Assembly: GCF_964355755.1 (NCBI RefSeq)
Contig: NC_092671.1
Span: 13,826,001 to 13,890,000 of the forward strand
Length of the DNA stretch: 64,000 nt
From: Antedon mediterranea
Lineage: Eukaryota; Animalia; Echinodermata
Reading direction: 5' to 3'
Position 1 is the first letter of the stretch, and each line of letters opens with the position of its first letter. Below are positions 33,820 to 48,600 of the stretch, piece after piece. Under the pieces are notes generated by a model, which saw nothing but the letters and a program-made list of their open reading frames with translations, searched no databases and was not told where the DNA came from. Made by a program: the position numbers and the translations under genes.

Positions 33820-36367
33820 TTGTTTCCTGTAAATCTGTAATCTGAAAAATAAAACTTTCGTAAGTAAGTTTAGGCCTAGTATTAAATATATTATATGTTA
33901 AATGTTTTTTTATACATCAAATGATGATATTGTTTGTCAGAATAGTCCAACGATAACATTCGGTAACTTTAAGTATGTCATTGGTATCATACTGTATGTG
34001 GTTTGAAAATATTTTGCTGGACTAGATCACAATTCATAATGTTTTAGACCTTAGAAATAGTATAATATTTTCTTCAGGTATAGTATTAGTTATACTAATA
34101 ATTCCACGATAATTCCAACTATAACCAAAGACCTTTGCAGGTGGTCGAACCTAAATATGAAATAACCTCCAAATGACATTACACATTTGGAGAGCTACAG
34201 TTAATTTATAAAACAGTATATAGATTTTATTTCAAGCAATGTTTACAATTGAGTGGTTGCTGATTATGATTATTGACAGATGCTGCAGTCCCAGAAACCC
34301 CATCAGCCTTCATTAGAAATGTTCACATTCATTTTTATTTGTCTTTAATGTCTTTTATGTGTAAACTGACTTTGGGGTTGGGTCAACCGGCTCAGCTACA
34401 GTGATTAAGTTCACTTAGGCTGACCCTCGTCTCCCCAGTTTGTTTTTGTTATGTATAGCCTATGTATACTGAAATAGATCGAAAAAATAATGAAATAAAA
34501 TTTAGAGTAATGTGCCATAAGTTTTTAAAATCTAATATTAAATAGCATACTAAAATTCCCCCCTTTTGGCACTAAATTTTACTTTAAGAATTGACAAGGT
34601 ACAATGAATGCATTGGTTCAATGTGTGGGGGGTGGGGGCGGCATTCTTTTCCGTAAGCATCAATTAATAAGGAATTTAGTAAATTCATCACGACCTGGTT
34701 GATTTGATATTCATAAAAGGGTGAAACGACCGAAACTATCGTGTGTGTATGTAAGGCAATGTTGTATAAATGTATTGTAATTTAATAATTGGGACTTCTA
34801 AACTCACGAACCAATAAGTGCAAATTCTTCTTTATAAGTTACTGAACCGCAGAATAAACAAAACAAGATGAAAGGAAACGCATTGTGATTGTATAAAGAA
34901 ACCCGAACTAAATAAATCAAGTGCAGGTCTCTTTAGAAATTTCATATTGAATTTACTTCAAATACGATACAAATACCTTCTTTGCTATACAAAGTAAAAA
35001 TTACGTTTGAGAGATACGTTTCCTTATAAGTCTCTAAAATGTTATAAATGACAAGTTTATATAGAGGGGCGTGCAGAAGACCACCCTCCTCATATAATAA
35101 CAGGTATTCTAAGGCCGTAGCAAGAGGTTAAAAGCAGATGAGGCAAAGATGCTTTAAATATAATTATATATATTAAATATGACGATCTGTGCTGGAGAGT
35201 TGGGGTGGGTGGTGAAAATTTAACATTTCAGGCGAGGCGAGCGTCTCGTCTGCCTCATTCTGGCTGCGGCCCTATCTTCTGTAAACTGATTCATCATTCA
35301 CCAATAACTGACAGCATTCATGTCCGCATCTAAGCCCCCACCACCTATTTTACCTGAAGGGGGTAATTAACTATATAGGCCTACTAAACTAGTACCAGTT
35401 TCCAATGATTCAATATTTAAAGATCAATACTAATAATTCTGAGGTTTTTTTCACTACGGGAAATTGATAGCTAACCAATACAGTCTGATAATGCTATGAA
35501 ATGTTTAAACAAAATGCTTACCTTTACCTTAGAAAAGAAACAAGAATACTAAGTGTGTTCTGCTGTTGTAATATGGTCACTGAAACTAACTGTTATATAT
35601 ACTGCCTTTTCACTGATTAAACATTAGTATAAAGAACCATTCGGTTGACAGACAGATCGACAGATCCCAATTGTCATTTAAAATGCCTTTATGTTCACAC
35701 GAAATAAGTGCTTTAAGCTCTATTAAACACCGATGGGATTCCTTAACTCATGAGCTGGTTTCAATTGGTATAACCAATGAAATGTACGATATTTACTTTA
35801 TGATGGTTCCTGATTATTGACTATATCACATTTTGTTGTGAATCTTAAGCGTATAAAATAGGTAGACAAGTTATATTCTAGATACGCACGATTATATGTA
35901 TAAATGTTTTTATAATGGGTTTTGTTTGTTTGTTTGTTTTATTAGTTTCTCCACACATTTTAAAATAAAAGATAAAAATTACAAATTGCAAATAAGAAAA
36001 TTACAATAAACAAAAAAAACATCAAAAATGTGCGGATGGAGGTCAAAATAAGTTGCGGACAACTTTAAGTCGTGACCACCAGTTAAAAAAGGTTAAAAAT
36101 AAAAAATAAAAAAATAATGAAGGTATACAATAGCAGTCCGGCTTACAATAAAAATACAGAAGCTTAAATTGCTAAGACAATAGTACAATTACAAGATGAA
36201 CAATATGATAAGGTATTCAATTCAATTAAGCGAAGAAGAAAGGAAACAAGAAGAACACGAACAGCAGATTTAGCTGCAAATGGGTCTACATATTTTCTCT
36301 CAAATTTGTGTACGATACGAAGCAAGAGGTGATGGTGGTAATAAATGTCATCCCATTGCTTATATAA

Positions 36368-36614
36368 AGCTCTGTCTACACTATCAAACTTTATGTGACA
36401 AAAAATTTGATGTGCCTATATAATATGGACATGATGATATCATATCATTGCCAGGAATTTGTATGATTTATTTCTTTTTTATTTTTAAATGCGCCTTGAG
36501 CACTCTGGAGTGGTATGTGCGCTATAAAAATCATATTATTATTATTATTATTATTACCATATTTGAACACATCACAATTTTTGTCACATAAAGTTTGATA
36601 GTGTAGACAGAGCT
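36368..36614. mobile_element. PIF/Harbinger-type MITE carrying a short L2/SINE tail insertion
   Basis: TAA TSD; TIR AGCTCTGTCTACACTATCAAACTTTATGTGACAAAAA; inner GCGCCTTGAG...GCGCTATAAAAA(TTA)n. Confidence 0.8.
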
Positions 36615-37236
36615 TAAGGTAATGCTTAATGCTTAATGAAGACAACACAAACGAAACATTAAATTATAATTAGGCCTATATTATAATTATATAATTAAAA
36701 TCAATGCAATCACTATTAATAGGATAAGAAAACAAAATTAATTATGTACAGTTTCGTGGTTGGTGGGATTCTTTTCCCCATGCCTACGGGTTTTAAACAT
36801 TGTAATACAGAATAATGTAATAAGGGAAGAGTAGCCTACAATCTCGTCACTGGCAACTTTTAAAATATGATCGAAGACCATGTTTATCCATTGCAAACGA
36901 GGAACAAATTTATAAATAAAGTCTACTTTATCGTCTGAAATGTTCAACCAAAAGAAATTAGAATATTCTCCTGATGATTGAACAAGTTGATGCTCGGAAA
37001 ATAGTACAGTTGATATACGTTTAAATGCAGGATGCAAGAGAAGACAGTTTTAGCAATGTTTTAATATAATATATTTCTCTTTTGGCTTATAACGGAATTT
37101 GTATTTCCGTGTGATCCTGCGACTCAAGTACAAGCACCATGTAATGTTCCGAGCATTTTTAAAAAAGAAATGCGAGAAATGATCAACTATTCTCGTCTTC
37201 CGATTCTTCAGACGATACAGAGACTTTCATGTATTG

Positions 37237-40200
37237 TCATAAAGTCTCTCCGTGTTTGTCGATGAGGTAACGTTTGTGGCGCTGTTTTACTTCACTTCGA
37301 CAAAATAGTACGGCCAGAACCAGCAACATAAGGAACACAGCTCCAGACACAAATGCTATAACGTCTAAAAGGACACACAATAAAATGGGCATCAATATCA
37401 TAAATCCATAACATATGGAGATCACTACTATATATTCTTTCTATTGTAAAGTACGAGACCATAGTAAGCTGTTAATATTTATTAGAAACCTTAATTTTAT
37501 TATTGAAGTATATTATTCTAAGTGGATTGGTGAACGTTACATTAGTCTAGTAGCATTTTTTTTCTACAGTTCACAAGAAAATGAAAGCACTCAGAAACTG
37601 AGTGAAGTATTTGGCAAAATATTGCCACAGAGGGCTATGTTGATATATTTTTTTTTTATTTATAAAGTTATTAATGAACAAATTTTCTTGAATTTGAATA
37701 CTCATGTTCTGCAAGTATACCTATTTATTTAATTTTACTTGGCAAAATAGAATTATTCCAAGTAAAAAAACAACATTGTTGAAATACACTTAGGCCTACT
37801 TATGCATTTCTTGAATAAAAGATAATAATGTGCAATATTAATTGTAGTACACTGAATGCTTACATTCGTTCATATAGAAAGGTAGTCTACATGCGGCATC
37901 CAGATCTCCGGGTAGAACATCAGCAATCAGGCTTTTGAATCTTGCGTATGGGCATAATGTATGGTTACATCCTGGTATTTCAAGTACATACGGATCTGCA
38001 TTCGTGTCATTCTTGTACCATAGATTCACATAATACGTTCTAATGATAAATTAATAATAAGTTAATTTGGTTATACGATATATTGTAGGCCTACTACTAC
38101 TGTATCAATAAGAAAAATACGCAATAATAGGCCTAAATAACCATCTATTTACTAATTAACTAACCAAGTGTCAAATCAATGAAATAATAATATATTATTT
38201 AAGATAATAATAATAAAAAGTCAATAATTAGTATTTTATGTTTATGAAATGACATTTTAATCATCAATTATACAAGTTATGGTAGTTTCTCTTACTCGTT
38301 TCTGCTCTCTTTCCATAGTTCTACTCCCACACATGCGCCGTAGGAAGGCGCCACACCATTGTATAGACCTAACGCTGACATAAGGGCCACAATCGTAGTA
38401 TCGTGCTGCAATAAAACAATGCAACATCTCCTATTGAGGAATTTTATTGTTTTAACTTATTTGCTTTTGCTAAAGTGTTAATACAATATTGTTATGTTCT
38501 TCATCATCATGTTTTAGTATTTACCATTGAATACATGTCCATACGTCTCTGTTTCTCAAGTGGCAAGGTAGATATAATTTTATGATCCATATTCGATACA
38601 AGTTTTTCGAGTAGAGAACCTTTAAAACAATTGTAATATTTATTTTTTGTTACTGGTTAGGAAAGGAAAGGTTAAAACACGTTACGTTAACAGTTAGTCA
38701 AAGATCGACATAATAATTTATGTTAATACAGTTTTTTTAACCGTTCATTACATGATATTATTATTATAATACATACCCCCGATGAGTCGCTGTATGCCAT
38801 GCTGTTTGTAGATGTACGTTAGAAACGCGTCACATAACGTCACAAGTTTACTATAAACGTCATCTGTGATCCAACCTGGTTGTGTATGATTGTGAAATCT
38901 CTATAATAAAGATAAGACAAAATAACAAAGTTTCTACATATAAATGTATTTCAACTGATGGTGTACCATACTCTTTAATGAACAATAGATAAAATACATA
39001 AATAAACAAGATCTGGATAAAGGGAAACTCTTAATGTTATATTTAAAACAATTTGGCTACCTCAACTTTGATTGGATCAACTAGGCTGTAAACATCAGAC
39101 ATATTTAGTGAGTGTCCATATCCTGCATTTCTTGAAATATTTTTCAAAAATTCCTGTACAAAACAGAATTCAATATTTAGTGCCTAGGTCTATAATACTT
39201 TATAAACTATAATTGCAGTTTCGGGAACAGAAAAGCACCTCGGGAATATACCCTCCTTTTTTAATGATGCTAAGGATTTGTTAAACGATATCAATTCTTG
39301 TTTTTTAATTAAGAAGTATACTTCTAGATGGCACCCATGATAATGTTCATGTCATCTTTAGTCTCTACACTAATGCTTAAGAATGCTAGTTAATGAATTA
39401 ACTAAGAAATTTACTAATTTAAGTTCCGGGGGGGGGGGGGGTACCTTTTTTATTTTATATATATTATATACAAACTTTTTTTTTTCTTTTTGTTTATGGG
39501 CCTTGCGTGACAAGAAATCTCTTCTTGCAAGATCCTCTATTAATGGTATTTTTGTATTGTCTCATTATAAATTACCTCTTTGTTATTGTATTGCTTTACC
39601 ATTGATAGAAACTAATAAATGTGGAATTATGTCTATTGATTACAATGATGTACATATCTTACCGCATTTTCGATGTCCATTTTCTTGAGCCAATCACCTT
39701 TCAAGATGTTCTTGTATAACAGATGATAATACGGGCAAACTGTGACGTTTGGGACCTAATAAACATTATTAATTGATTAATACACAATTAGACAATTATC
39801 AATCTAAGTGGTGCTAAATTACATTAATTAGAATACTAAAACATGCCACTGAATATAGAGTTAAGTTATATCTGGATGAAGGAGATGTTGGGCTTTTGTA
39901 CATGGTCTAGAGTTTATCCTTATAATTTTTATAAATTATAGTATTTCGCACATTTCTTTCATTTGGGCTACTGTGCTGGAATACAGATGTTACGTTGGTA
40001 GTACTTATTAGTTAATAACTAATTCTTAGTAAGCCTACTTTTATATCAATATTTAACTTTTGAATTATTACTGGTACAGTATTACTGGTGAGTACATACG
40101 AGTGGCGGTACGAGTCATTGCTATTTGTTTTCACTACTGATTTCTCCTTGAAACAAGTGATAATGATCAATCTCTTTTAATGGTTACTCACTCCTTTCGT

Positions 40201-41089
40201 TGAAAATTAGTTGAATACCTACGTAATGGCTATATATAGAACCCGTATGCACTGGAATTGGTTGCCATAGTATGGAATTGTTCCATGTCTGCCGGTGGTC
40301 TGGAGGGTAGAGACCAGCTAAAGTGCATTCTGCTGACATTAGGGTCCTATCCACATCTGTACTGACCACTTTCAATTGGTATCTTGAATAATCTTTACTG
40401 AGGAATCCATTGTATTTTTGTCTTAGAAACTGGCCTAGTTTATACTGCTGACGCATCCCAGTCTAAATGCAATGTAATAATAAAATGCTATAGGCTTAAT
40501 AGTTATAATAAGTAACATACATTAATGATAAGTACCGACGATGAATATATAGATCTTCTATAAAGAAGAATACGAATAATGAGGCAAAGAACGGAACTTT
40601 AGTACGTCAGTAAATGTAAAGCATATACATACCTGAGTCAATTGTCCAAATCCTTGTTCCCAAAAGTCCTCCTTATATCTGGAGTTTGGGTACGTATGCA
40701 TTGGAGATCTATCTCCATGGCGATATATCTAAATTAGTAAAATAATAATCCAGTTTCCATTACCAACATACAAATAAAAAAACAATTATAAACAATACTA
40801 TCTAACATAGTAAGCCTAAATGTATAATAACAAACTTTAGAAAAAACAATTGAAGTACTAACTGTACATTATCATCTTTAAAATATCTGTTACTGTCCTA
40901 TTCTATAATAAAGGCCAGTTATGCTTTAAGAATACAATCAAATACAGAAAATGCTTTATCTAACTATTAAAAATAAGATAAAGACAAACATAACAAAAAA
41001 AAAACACTTACCAAATTTACAAATTGCAATTCGTCGGCGTTAACTAAAATTAGCAAAATACCCGAAAAAAATAATTGCGGTAAAAACAT
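37237..41089 (-). CDS. Histidine acid phosphatase, lysosomal/prostatic (ACP2/ACP3-like), type I membrane, ~410 aa
   Basis: 10 phase-consistent exons: 41089-41012, 40728-40633, 40462-40223, 39755-39663, 39153-39061, 38900-38777, 38619-38525, 38405-38296, 38039-37864, 37364-37237. Signal peptide, [31 protein letters not shown]-terminal TM. Confidence 0.93.
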
Positions 41090-42621
41090 ACTGACGAGTA
41101 AATAGGTTGCAGATACTCTGTAAATAGAATAAAACTTTTCAGTGTTTCTAACAGGCTACCTGGACTTTTAAAATCTCAATTGGCCACTTAAAAATGAATA
41201 TAATTATAACGGTAGGAAAATACTCTGTTTATACGTATAAGTGGAAGTCTACGTAAGCCAAAAAAAAGTGTATATAGGTAATGACGAAGGTCCACTCTGG
41301 AAAATTCCTCAACACGTTAGTATTAATCACACATCAGCATTACTGGATAGCAAAAGAAGTAGTAGCGTGTACAAAGTTTCAATGATTGTTACAACAATTT
41401 TAAGCCGATGTTTATGTTCTCAAGATTCGCAAGTCAGAGCCTATGTATCTGATCTACAGTCTGACTTTAATTTGGACAAACCGTCAGAGTTGTCAAGAAA
41501 AATTGAACACAGTTTGTTAGTGTAGAACAGTTTGGCAAACTTTGACAAACTGCATGAAAAAGTCAACACTTTAGTTTGCAAACTCGAGCATACTATACAC
41601 ACATTGAAAACACAAATGTGTTTAAAATTGGGCTGAATGTTGAATTATCTATCTTTTTTATGATATAAATAATGAAGAACTATTTCATTTTTTTGTAATG
41701 TTTTATTCATTCAAACCAAACATGTGATTGAAAGTAGAATTTCATATACATAACTTTTTTTCTACAGAACACCTTTCTCCAATATTGCAGCCGATTTTCT
41801 CTTTCTTTATAAACAACTTTTACGTTCTTTCTTACACCTCATTACATTATTGCATAGCTTTAAAGAATATTATACATTTATTTGTTTGTCATGTTTTTCT
41901 GCTATATTGTTAGTTAATTATTATTTAAAACAAAAAAACAAATATCCTTATACATTGATATTTATCTGCTTAAGGTAAAATAGAAACTTAATAATTTCAG
42001 TAGACAAAAAATAAAAATATATATACATTATCCTTTCGAATGACGTAACGTGAATATGCATGTGACGTAGCTACTAGAATGACGTACGGTAATATGCAAA
42101 TTCATGTCGGTCTTTCACGTCACGTCATTCTCTGAGAGATGGAATCTAGTGACGACCAATTGGGTTTAAAATGTTATATTTTCTCCTAACTGGCTGAGCT
42201 TACTAATTTCCTTCCATCGAAATTTGTTATTACAATCAAACATTTACATTAAAAAACCCATAATTATATGAAACACTACCGGTAATTATTATATAGCAAA
42301 ACAATAGCATAACAAAGATTGACAAATATGCACTAGATAGTTCACGTATAAAGTATACTTATCTGAATAAATAGATCAGTTAAAACACCTATCCGTAATA
42401 GACTGCCATAAATGTTATAATAATCATCCTAAAAAGTTTCATTCATACGAGTATACTACAATTACACGGATACCATTTCCCTGGTTAGGTCCTATCCCCT
42501 CTATCATGTCTGTGTACGAATTAAAATGAAGTCAGGCATTTTTACCTAATTTGCATATTGACCCAACAGGGAATAGGTTTGTTGAGGATTACTTGTTTTA
42601 ATCCTGTTAATATTGTAGTTT

Positions 42622-45600
42622 CTACAGTTTTGTTTCCGCTCTTGTAGGCATTTGGATCGTCACGGCGTCTGCAGATTCGTCAACTTCCTCATCGACTTCT
42701 TTAATACCAGAAGCATGTCTATAAAAACAAATGAAATCAAGTTATAAATAATAACGAAATATGCGGAGCAACGTAAATGGATTATTTGGACAGTCGCTTG
42801 TCATTGGCCAAATCGCTTGCGTTGCGTCTACGTCCTTGCGTTGCGTCTCTAGTGGAAGCACCCGGCCCTCTCGGTTTGTCCTGATCAGGTAATTTAACTT
42901 GCCGTTAGAGAAACGACGTAAACTGAACTGGGTTGACGTCGTTTCTTTACCCGTAAATGGTAATTTACGTGGAATAAATCATTCAATGAAACTGTTTTCA
43001 CTGCAGTTAGTTGGATAGTTAATTTCATTTTATTATGCTACATAATGATAAAGGGTTTACCTCATTCTGAGTGCATTGGTGCCTGTGATCGTCTTTCCAT
43101 CTTCAGTGTTAAACATTATCTTGTCCGCTGGAACAGTAAGCGTCTGACCACCTTCCAGAACTACACTGATCGTACCTCCACGTGTGCGAATTTCCTTTAA
43201 ATATAAATAGTGTATTTAAAACACAATGTAACACACAATTTGGTTTTATAGGTACTGTATCATGGTCACAAATTTTCGGCTTTACAATATTGTCAAACGC
43301 TGGCTTGAAATGAAATGGTATATAAATAGGACTGGAACTAATTAATTACCTCTTCTTTCAACTCTTCTTCAAATCTGATTTCGTCTTCTCGGACCTTCTT
43401 AGTACTTTCGGGTATAATATCATCTAAATAGCTTAATTCATATTCAGTGAAGAAATACTCCATCACCTTTCGGATTACTACGAGTGCTAAGACCTACAAA
43501 CAAGACACTACTAAAATTAATATTTCACAATAAGAATTAAGAAAGCTGGTCTCTCAGTGGTTGATCAACATGGGGAGGGTGGGTGGGAATGGATTTGTCT
43601 GATGTTCATTTTGGAAAAAAATGCAGTTCATATTAGGGATGTGATAGCGCTGTTACAATCCGTTATGTTTGATTAATATTAATGAATGACGTAATGCATA
43701 ATGGTCATAAATAGAGATCACGGGTTGAAGAAGGTGTAGACCTACTGTACAGTATGACTTCATCTAACAAGGCAGATATGTTTTGTATTGACCGGAATAA
43801 CAGGAGGAAGCTGTGCATAATTCATCGTTCCAAGATGCGTCTTATTGGTTGATATAAAGGCAAAATCAGACTGCGTCGTACGACTGAGTCGTCTGATTCG
43901 TGTCATCGGAAGAAAATTAAACATGTTTAATGTTCTAACGCCCGACGCTATGATAAGACGACTCGTCTCGTCGGGATTCAACTCAGACAGCACCCGACGA
44001 GTCAAGACGTTTCGTCAGACCTTTTCGTACGGCGCAATCTGAGTTGGCCTTAAGAATTACAATTTAACGTCCTCAGTACTAGCTACATAATAATTCTACA
44101 TTTTAAAAATAACAGATTCAAACTTACCATGAGAGGGAAAATGATACCGGCCTTAGACTTTTTGATTACCCACAACATAGCCAGACAGATAGCTTGAATA
44201 AGGGTGAATATATGAACACGCCATAACTTAACATGTCGAAGGAAGGTATAATCTGGCTGATATTTTGCTGGTGTGATCACCAGAAATATACGTTCTACAA
44301 ACTGTAAAAAAACAGTCCGATTAGTCTACAGTCATCGGAATATAGGCCTATATTGTAAAAGCATTCTCTATGACTAGACGACGGTAATATATTTACACTA
44401 TTACGCTGCCTATATTCATCGGCACTATTTTAACTATAAAATGCCACTACTTATAGTTTAGACTGGGATTCAACTTAATATTATTAGTAGTATGGCGTTT
44501 CATAATACTTAATAATATTATTATGCTCGGATCGGATGTCGTTTTCAGACAAAAATTTAAATGCCGACTGGTGGATTAACATTAAAATACAATAACTACA
44601 AAGGGGAAGTCACGTCTAACTACTACTGGGTAATATTGAAAATAGTGAAGGGGTAATTACCTGAACACCTCTGAGAGATGAAATTCCCATATACAAGAAC
44701 ACTCCATATAAAACAGGCATAGGAATAAACTGAAAATAACAAATAAGAACTACGTATAGATAGTTTATATGAGAGCTGAAACAGTATAGTATATTGGTAT
44801 TTGCTTTAGATTATCTATATATAAATTTACGTAAGGGCAAAATTCGGTAAATCGCGCCTTACTTCTAGAATTTTCACTCGATGGTATGTAAAGTTGGTTC
44901 GTACTTTCGGTACTTATTTTAACCGCCTGATGTAACCCTGTTTACTAATTAAATTGAGTTAGATAATTAGTTATTGACGATTAAAACGAATTTAGGTTCA
45001 AAGATTTGCCCCAAATAGGGGTGTTTTCCGATCGTGGTATACACTGTCTAATGGATGTCCATCTTGAAAAATACCCGCCAAAAAAATGCGAGGAGGCTTC
45101 GCATTTTTCTATCTCCTCCTACGATAATTGTTTTTAATAGCTGAAAACCGGTTGAACAGCTAGAGTACACCATCATAATGTTGAAGACAGGCCGATTTTC
45201 TTTAAAAAATACTATTTTGATAGATTTAATATACGATTATACAAATGTATTGATTTGCGATGAATGGAACATCCCAATCTCTCAGTCTGCCAGAGTTGGT
45301 TTAACACAAGTACTGTAGGTAAATTTATGAGCCCTTGGTTTAACACATACGGTAGGTAAATATATGGGCCCTTTGAGAATAAACTTGCAATACTTTGACA
45401 ATACTGTAAATACCTATTAACTATTTTTCATTTGAATCGAACATTTCTTACTGTGAATGTTCGTACTGTTAGATGTAATATAAAAATATATACAAATAAA
45501 CTTTATTACTGAGACTGTGGATAGGCTCTACTGTTAGATATACAAATAAACTTTATACTGACAGTTCCTTCTCAACGTTTGTATTAATTAATAATTACCA

Positions 45601-48600
45601 AAAATATAAACGTCGTAGTGGTGTATCGTGACATGTACTTTAATATTTCAATCGATTATGACAGTGACAATTTTAACAAAGTATTAAATCGCAAATGTTT
45701 TAGGCCTACTGTATTTAGAGGTATATTATTTATAGGCCTATAAAACATGAACAAAATATTTCGTTACTCAGTGGATAAAGAATATATTTAAAAATTGTTC
45801 CTCTTTGTACCTATCCGCTTTCCCATCCCTCAACCCTAATGTTACATAGCGAGGAGGCTTCGCATTTTCCTATCTCCTCCTACGATAATTGTTTTTAATA
45901 GCTGAAAACCGGTTGAACAGCTAGAGTACACCATCATAATGTTGAAGACAGGCCGATTTTCTTTAAAAAAAATACTATTTTGATAGATTGCTAGAGTACA
46001 CCATCATAATGTTGAAGACAGGCCGATTTTCTTTAAAAAATACTATTTTGATAGATTTAATATACGATTATACAAATGTATTGATTTGCGATGAATGGAA
46101 CATCCAGTAGTTTGGTTTAACACAAGTACTGTAGGTAAATTTATGAGCCCTTGGTTTAACACATACGGTAGGTAAATATATGGGCCCTTTGAGAATAAAC
46201 TTGCAATAGGTTCGGAAAATGTTAAAAACCAATTTCTATTATTTGAATCGGTAAACAGTTTCCATTTATTATACATTGATAATGAAACATGAAATATTCC
46301 TATTTATGTCCCTCGAGGTTCATTACAATTTATATTTAGTAGTCCCACGGACTTCATCTTAGCCACTCCCCCGAGTGCTAAGGCCAAATTTATGATACCC
46401 TACTTTCTATGTAGTTACAGTTAGTTCTTGACGATAATAATAATACAACGAATTTAGGTTACACCCTTCGGCCGCGAAAACGTTTCTGTACAAATATGAT
46501 ACCGATTGGCTTTATTTCATTCAACAGCGACCATAATCTCGGCAATTACAGGATAGATTAACTATTTTATTATTGATGTGCTTATAAATTAAGACTCATG
46601 TAAACAGCTTGATTACATCATTTTACAGACAAACGAAACTTTTTTAAACCTACTGTTTCAATAACTGAGTATAATACTGTATACGTTTTCATAAGTAAGT
46701 GCATATACATTTTCGTGTTTTCATTGACGAGATTGTAATAGTAACTTCAGTAACTATTACAGTACTTATTTATTATACGACACAAGACAATTGTATCTGA
46801 CAGGTACGTACATTATTCTAAAAAATAAGTCTAGATAGATCCCTTAGGCGTCATAAATCACAGGCCAACAAATCAGTACTCATGACAGAAATTCGACCCA
46901 GTTTGGTTCACACAAATGTTTACAGGAAGTTCAACACCACAACCGATGATTTGCCCTAAATATTTAGGTAGACTACAGTTTAATTTTTCACTGAATAGGA
47001 GCTTGAATTTCCGATTTCCATTTCGCAGAATGTCTAGGTCTATTTATTTAGTTTGGTTCTTATAATATATAAATACAATCAACTTTATTACTGCGGTTCC
47101 ATCACCACCACCACGTGCTGCCGCCCAATTCCCGTACATACATTTCCATTTCTCCCTAATTTCTTTAATCCACATAAATTAATTGTCCTTTATGGAATCC
47201 AGTATTGGTTTTGTTGTCTCTATTTCTGAATACCCCAATTAGGGGGACACTTCCGTTTTTGTTTAGTGTCCCAAAAAAGTCCCCGTCCGTGGATTCTACT
47301 GTATTCGAGAACCATCTGTGAGAACCCCTAGATGGTACGCGAGCGAAGCGAGCGTGCCATCTAGTTGTTGAAATTCATGTTAAAATATGTACACCTTTAG
47401 GCATAATTAATGTGCCATTAATATTGGATGCTGTAGATATGTTATCAGTAACCAACAAAACACATTCGAATTAGTATTAACTTACAGATAAAAAGTCTGT
47501 CATCAAAGATGAAAGTCCTATCATGATAAAAACTAATAAACCGGTTACACGCTGTTCCCTGTAAACAAATTTTGAATAAAGTAAGATTGTTATAGTTTTA
47601 AACATTAAACACTATTTTAAACTGTGTACATGATATTTCGGGAATGTTGGTCTTTGTTTCTTGAGGGAGTCATGCTCTCTTTATATTATTAAGTTTATAT
47701 TTATATTTTTATTGCGATTCTAAAATAATAAATATATATTATTTTTGATTGAATGACATGGATGATATAATAATAAATCTTGTATAATGGATTGTAAGCT
47801 TGAACCAAGTCATGGTGCTTGATGCAAAGCAGAGCAGAATATAAATATTCAAAGACACTAGTTATATTGATTTATATATGTACTCCAAACCAAAGTATTA
47901 CATAATCCTAACTATATATGATTACTTATATAAGTATAGAAGGAAAAAAATCTTTACCTGCATCCCTGCACTTTAGGAGGTTCTCCTGGTATTTTTGTTT
48001 CTGACATGACCCTTAAACTATCCACGTGATTGATAGACAATACGGTTGCAGCAACAAACCATGGTAGACCCAAAAATGACATGATCAAAAGACCAATACC
48101 GACAATCAACAAATCCAAATGATAGCCATAGCCTTTCTATAACAAAATGACATTAAAACATCAACAAAAGTCCATTCCTAATAATATTCATGAGGTGTGC
48201 TTTTGACACATTAATAATTGCTATAAACCTACAACGCCTATTATTTACCTTCAGTTTGTTTTCTTTTCGGTTAACAATGACTGCTGTAATCTGCTGGTCC
48301 ATAAAGATGAGAATAGAGCAGAGAAGAGCTGGAAGGATTGCCACGATACATAACCACCAAGGATTGCCCTCTGGGAATGGATTCACAAACCAACCTGTTC
48401 GTTCAGGATTTGTAGGCTAGGAAAAAACACAGAACAATTAAAACGATCGTATAATGACCTGTTTTATCTCCTCCCTTTACACTATTCCGTTTATTCATTC
48501 CCAGACTCCTCTTCCAGACCTGGATTTACACTCACCTGGAAGTTAGATGGGACGGTCAATTTTGGCGTTGGTAGATCCATAGCCCAGTCAATAAGCGCCA

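Noticed and set aside
35517-35601. Non-coding first exon and TATA box of the EGF gene
   Set aside because: A good donor (AG|GTAAGC at 35521) and TATATATAA are present, but this is too weak in AT-rich DNA to call without transcripts.
37237-37239. Selenocysteine recoding of the phosphatase TGA
   Set aside because: The position is in a cytosolic tail, not catalytic, and I could not see a SECIS; not formally excluded without a SECIS search.
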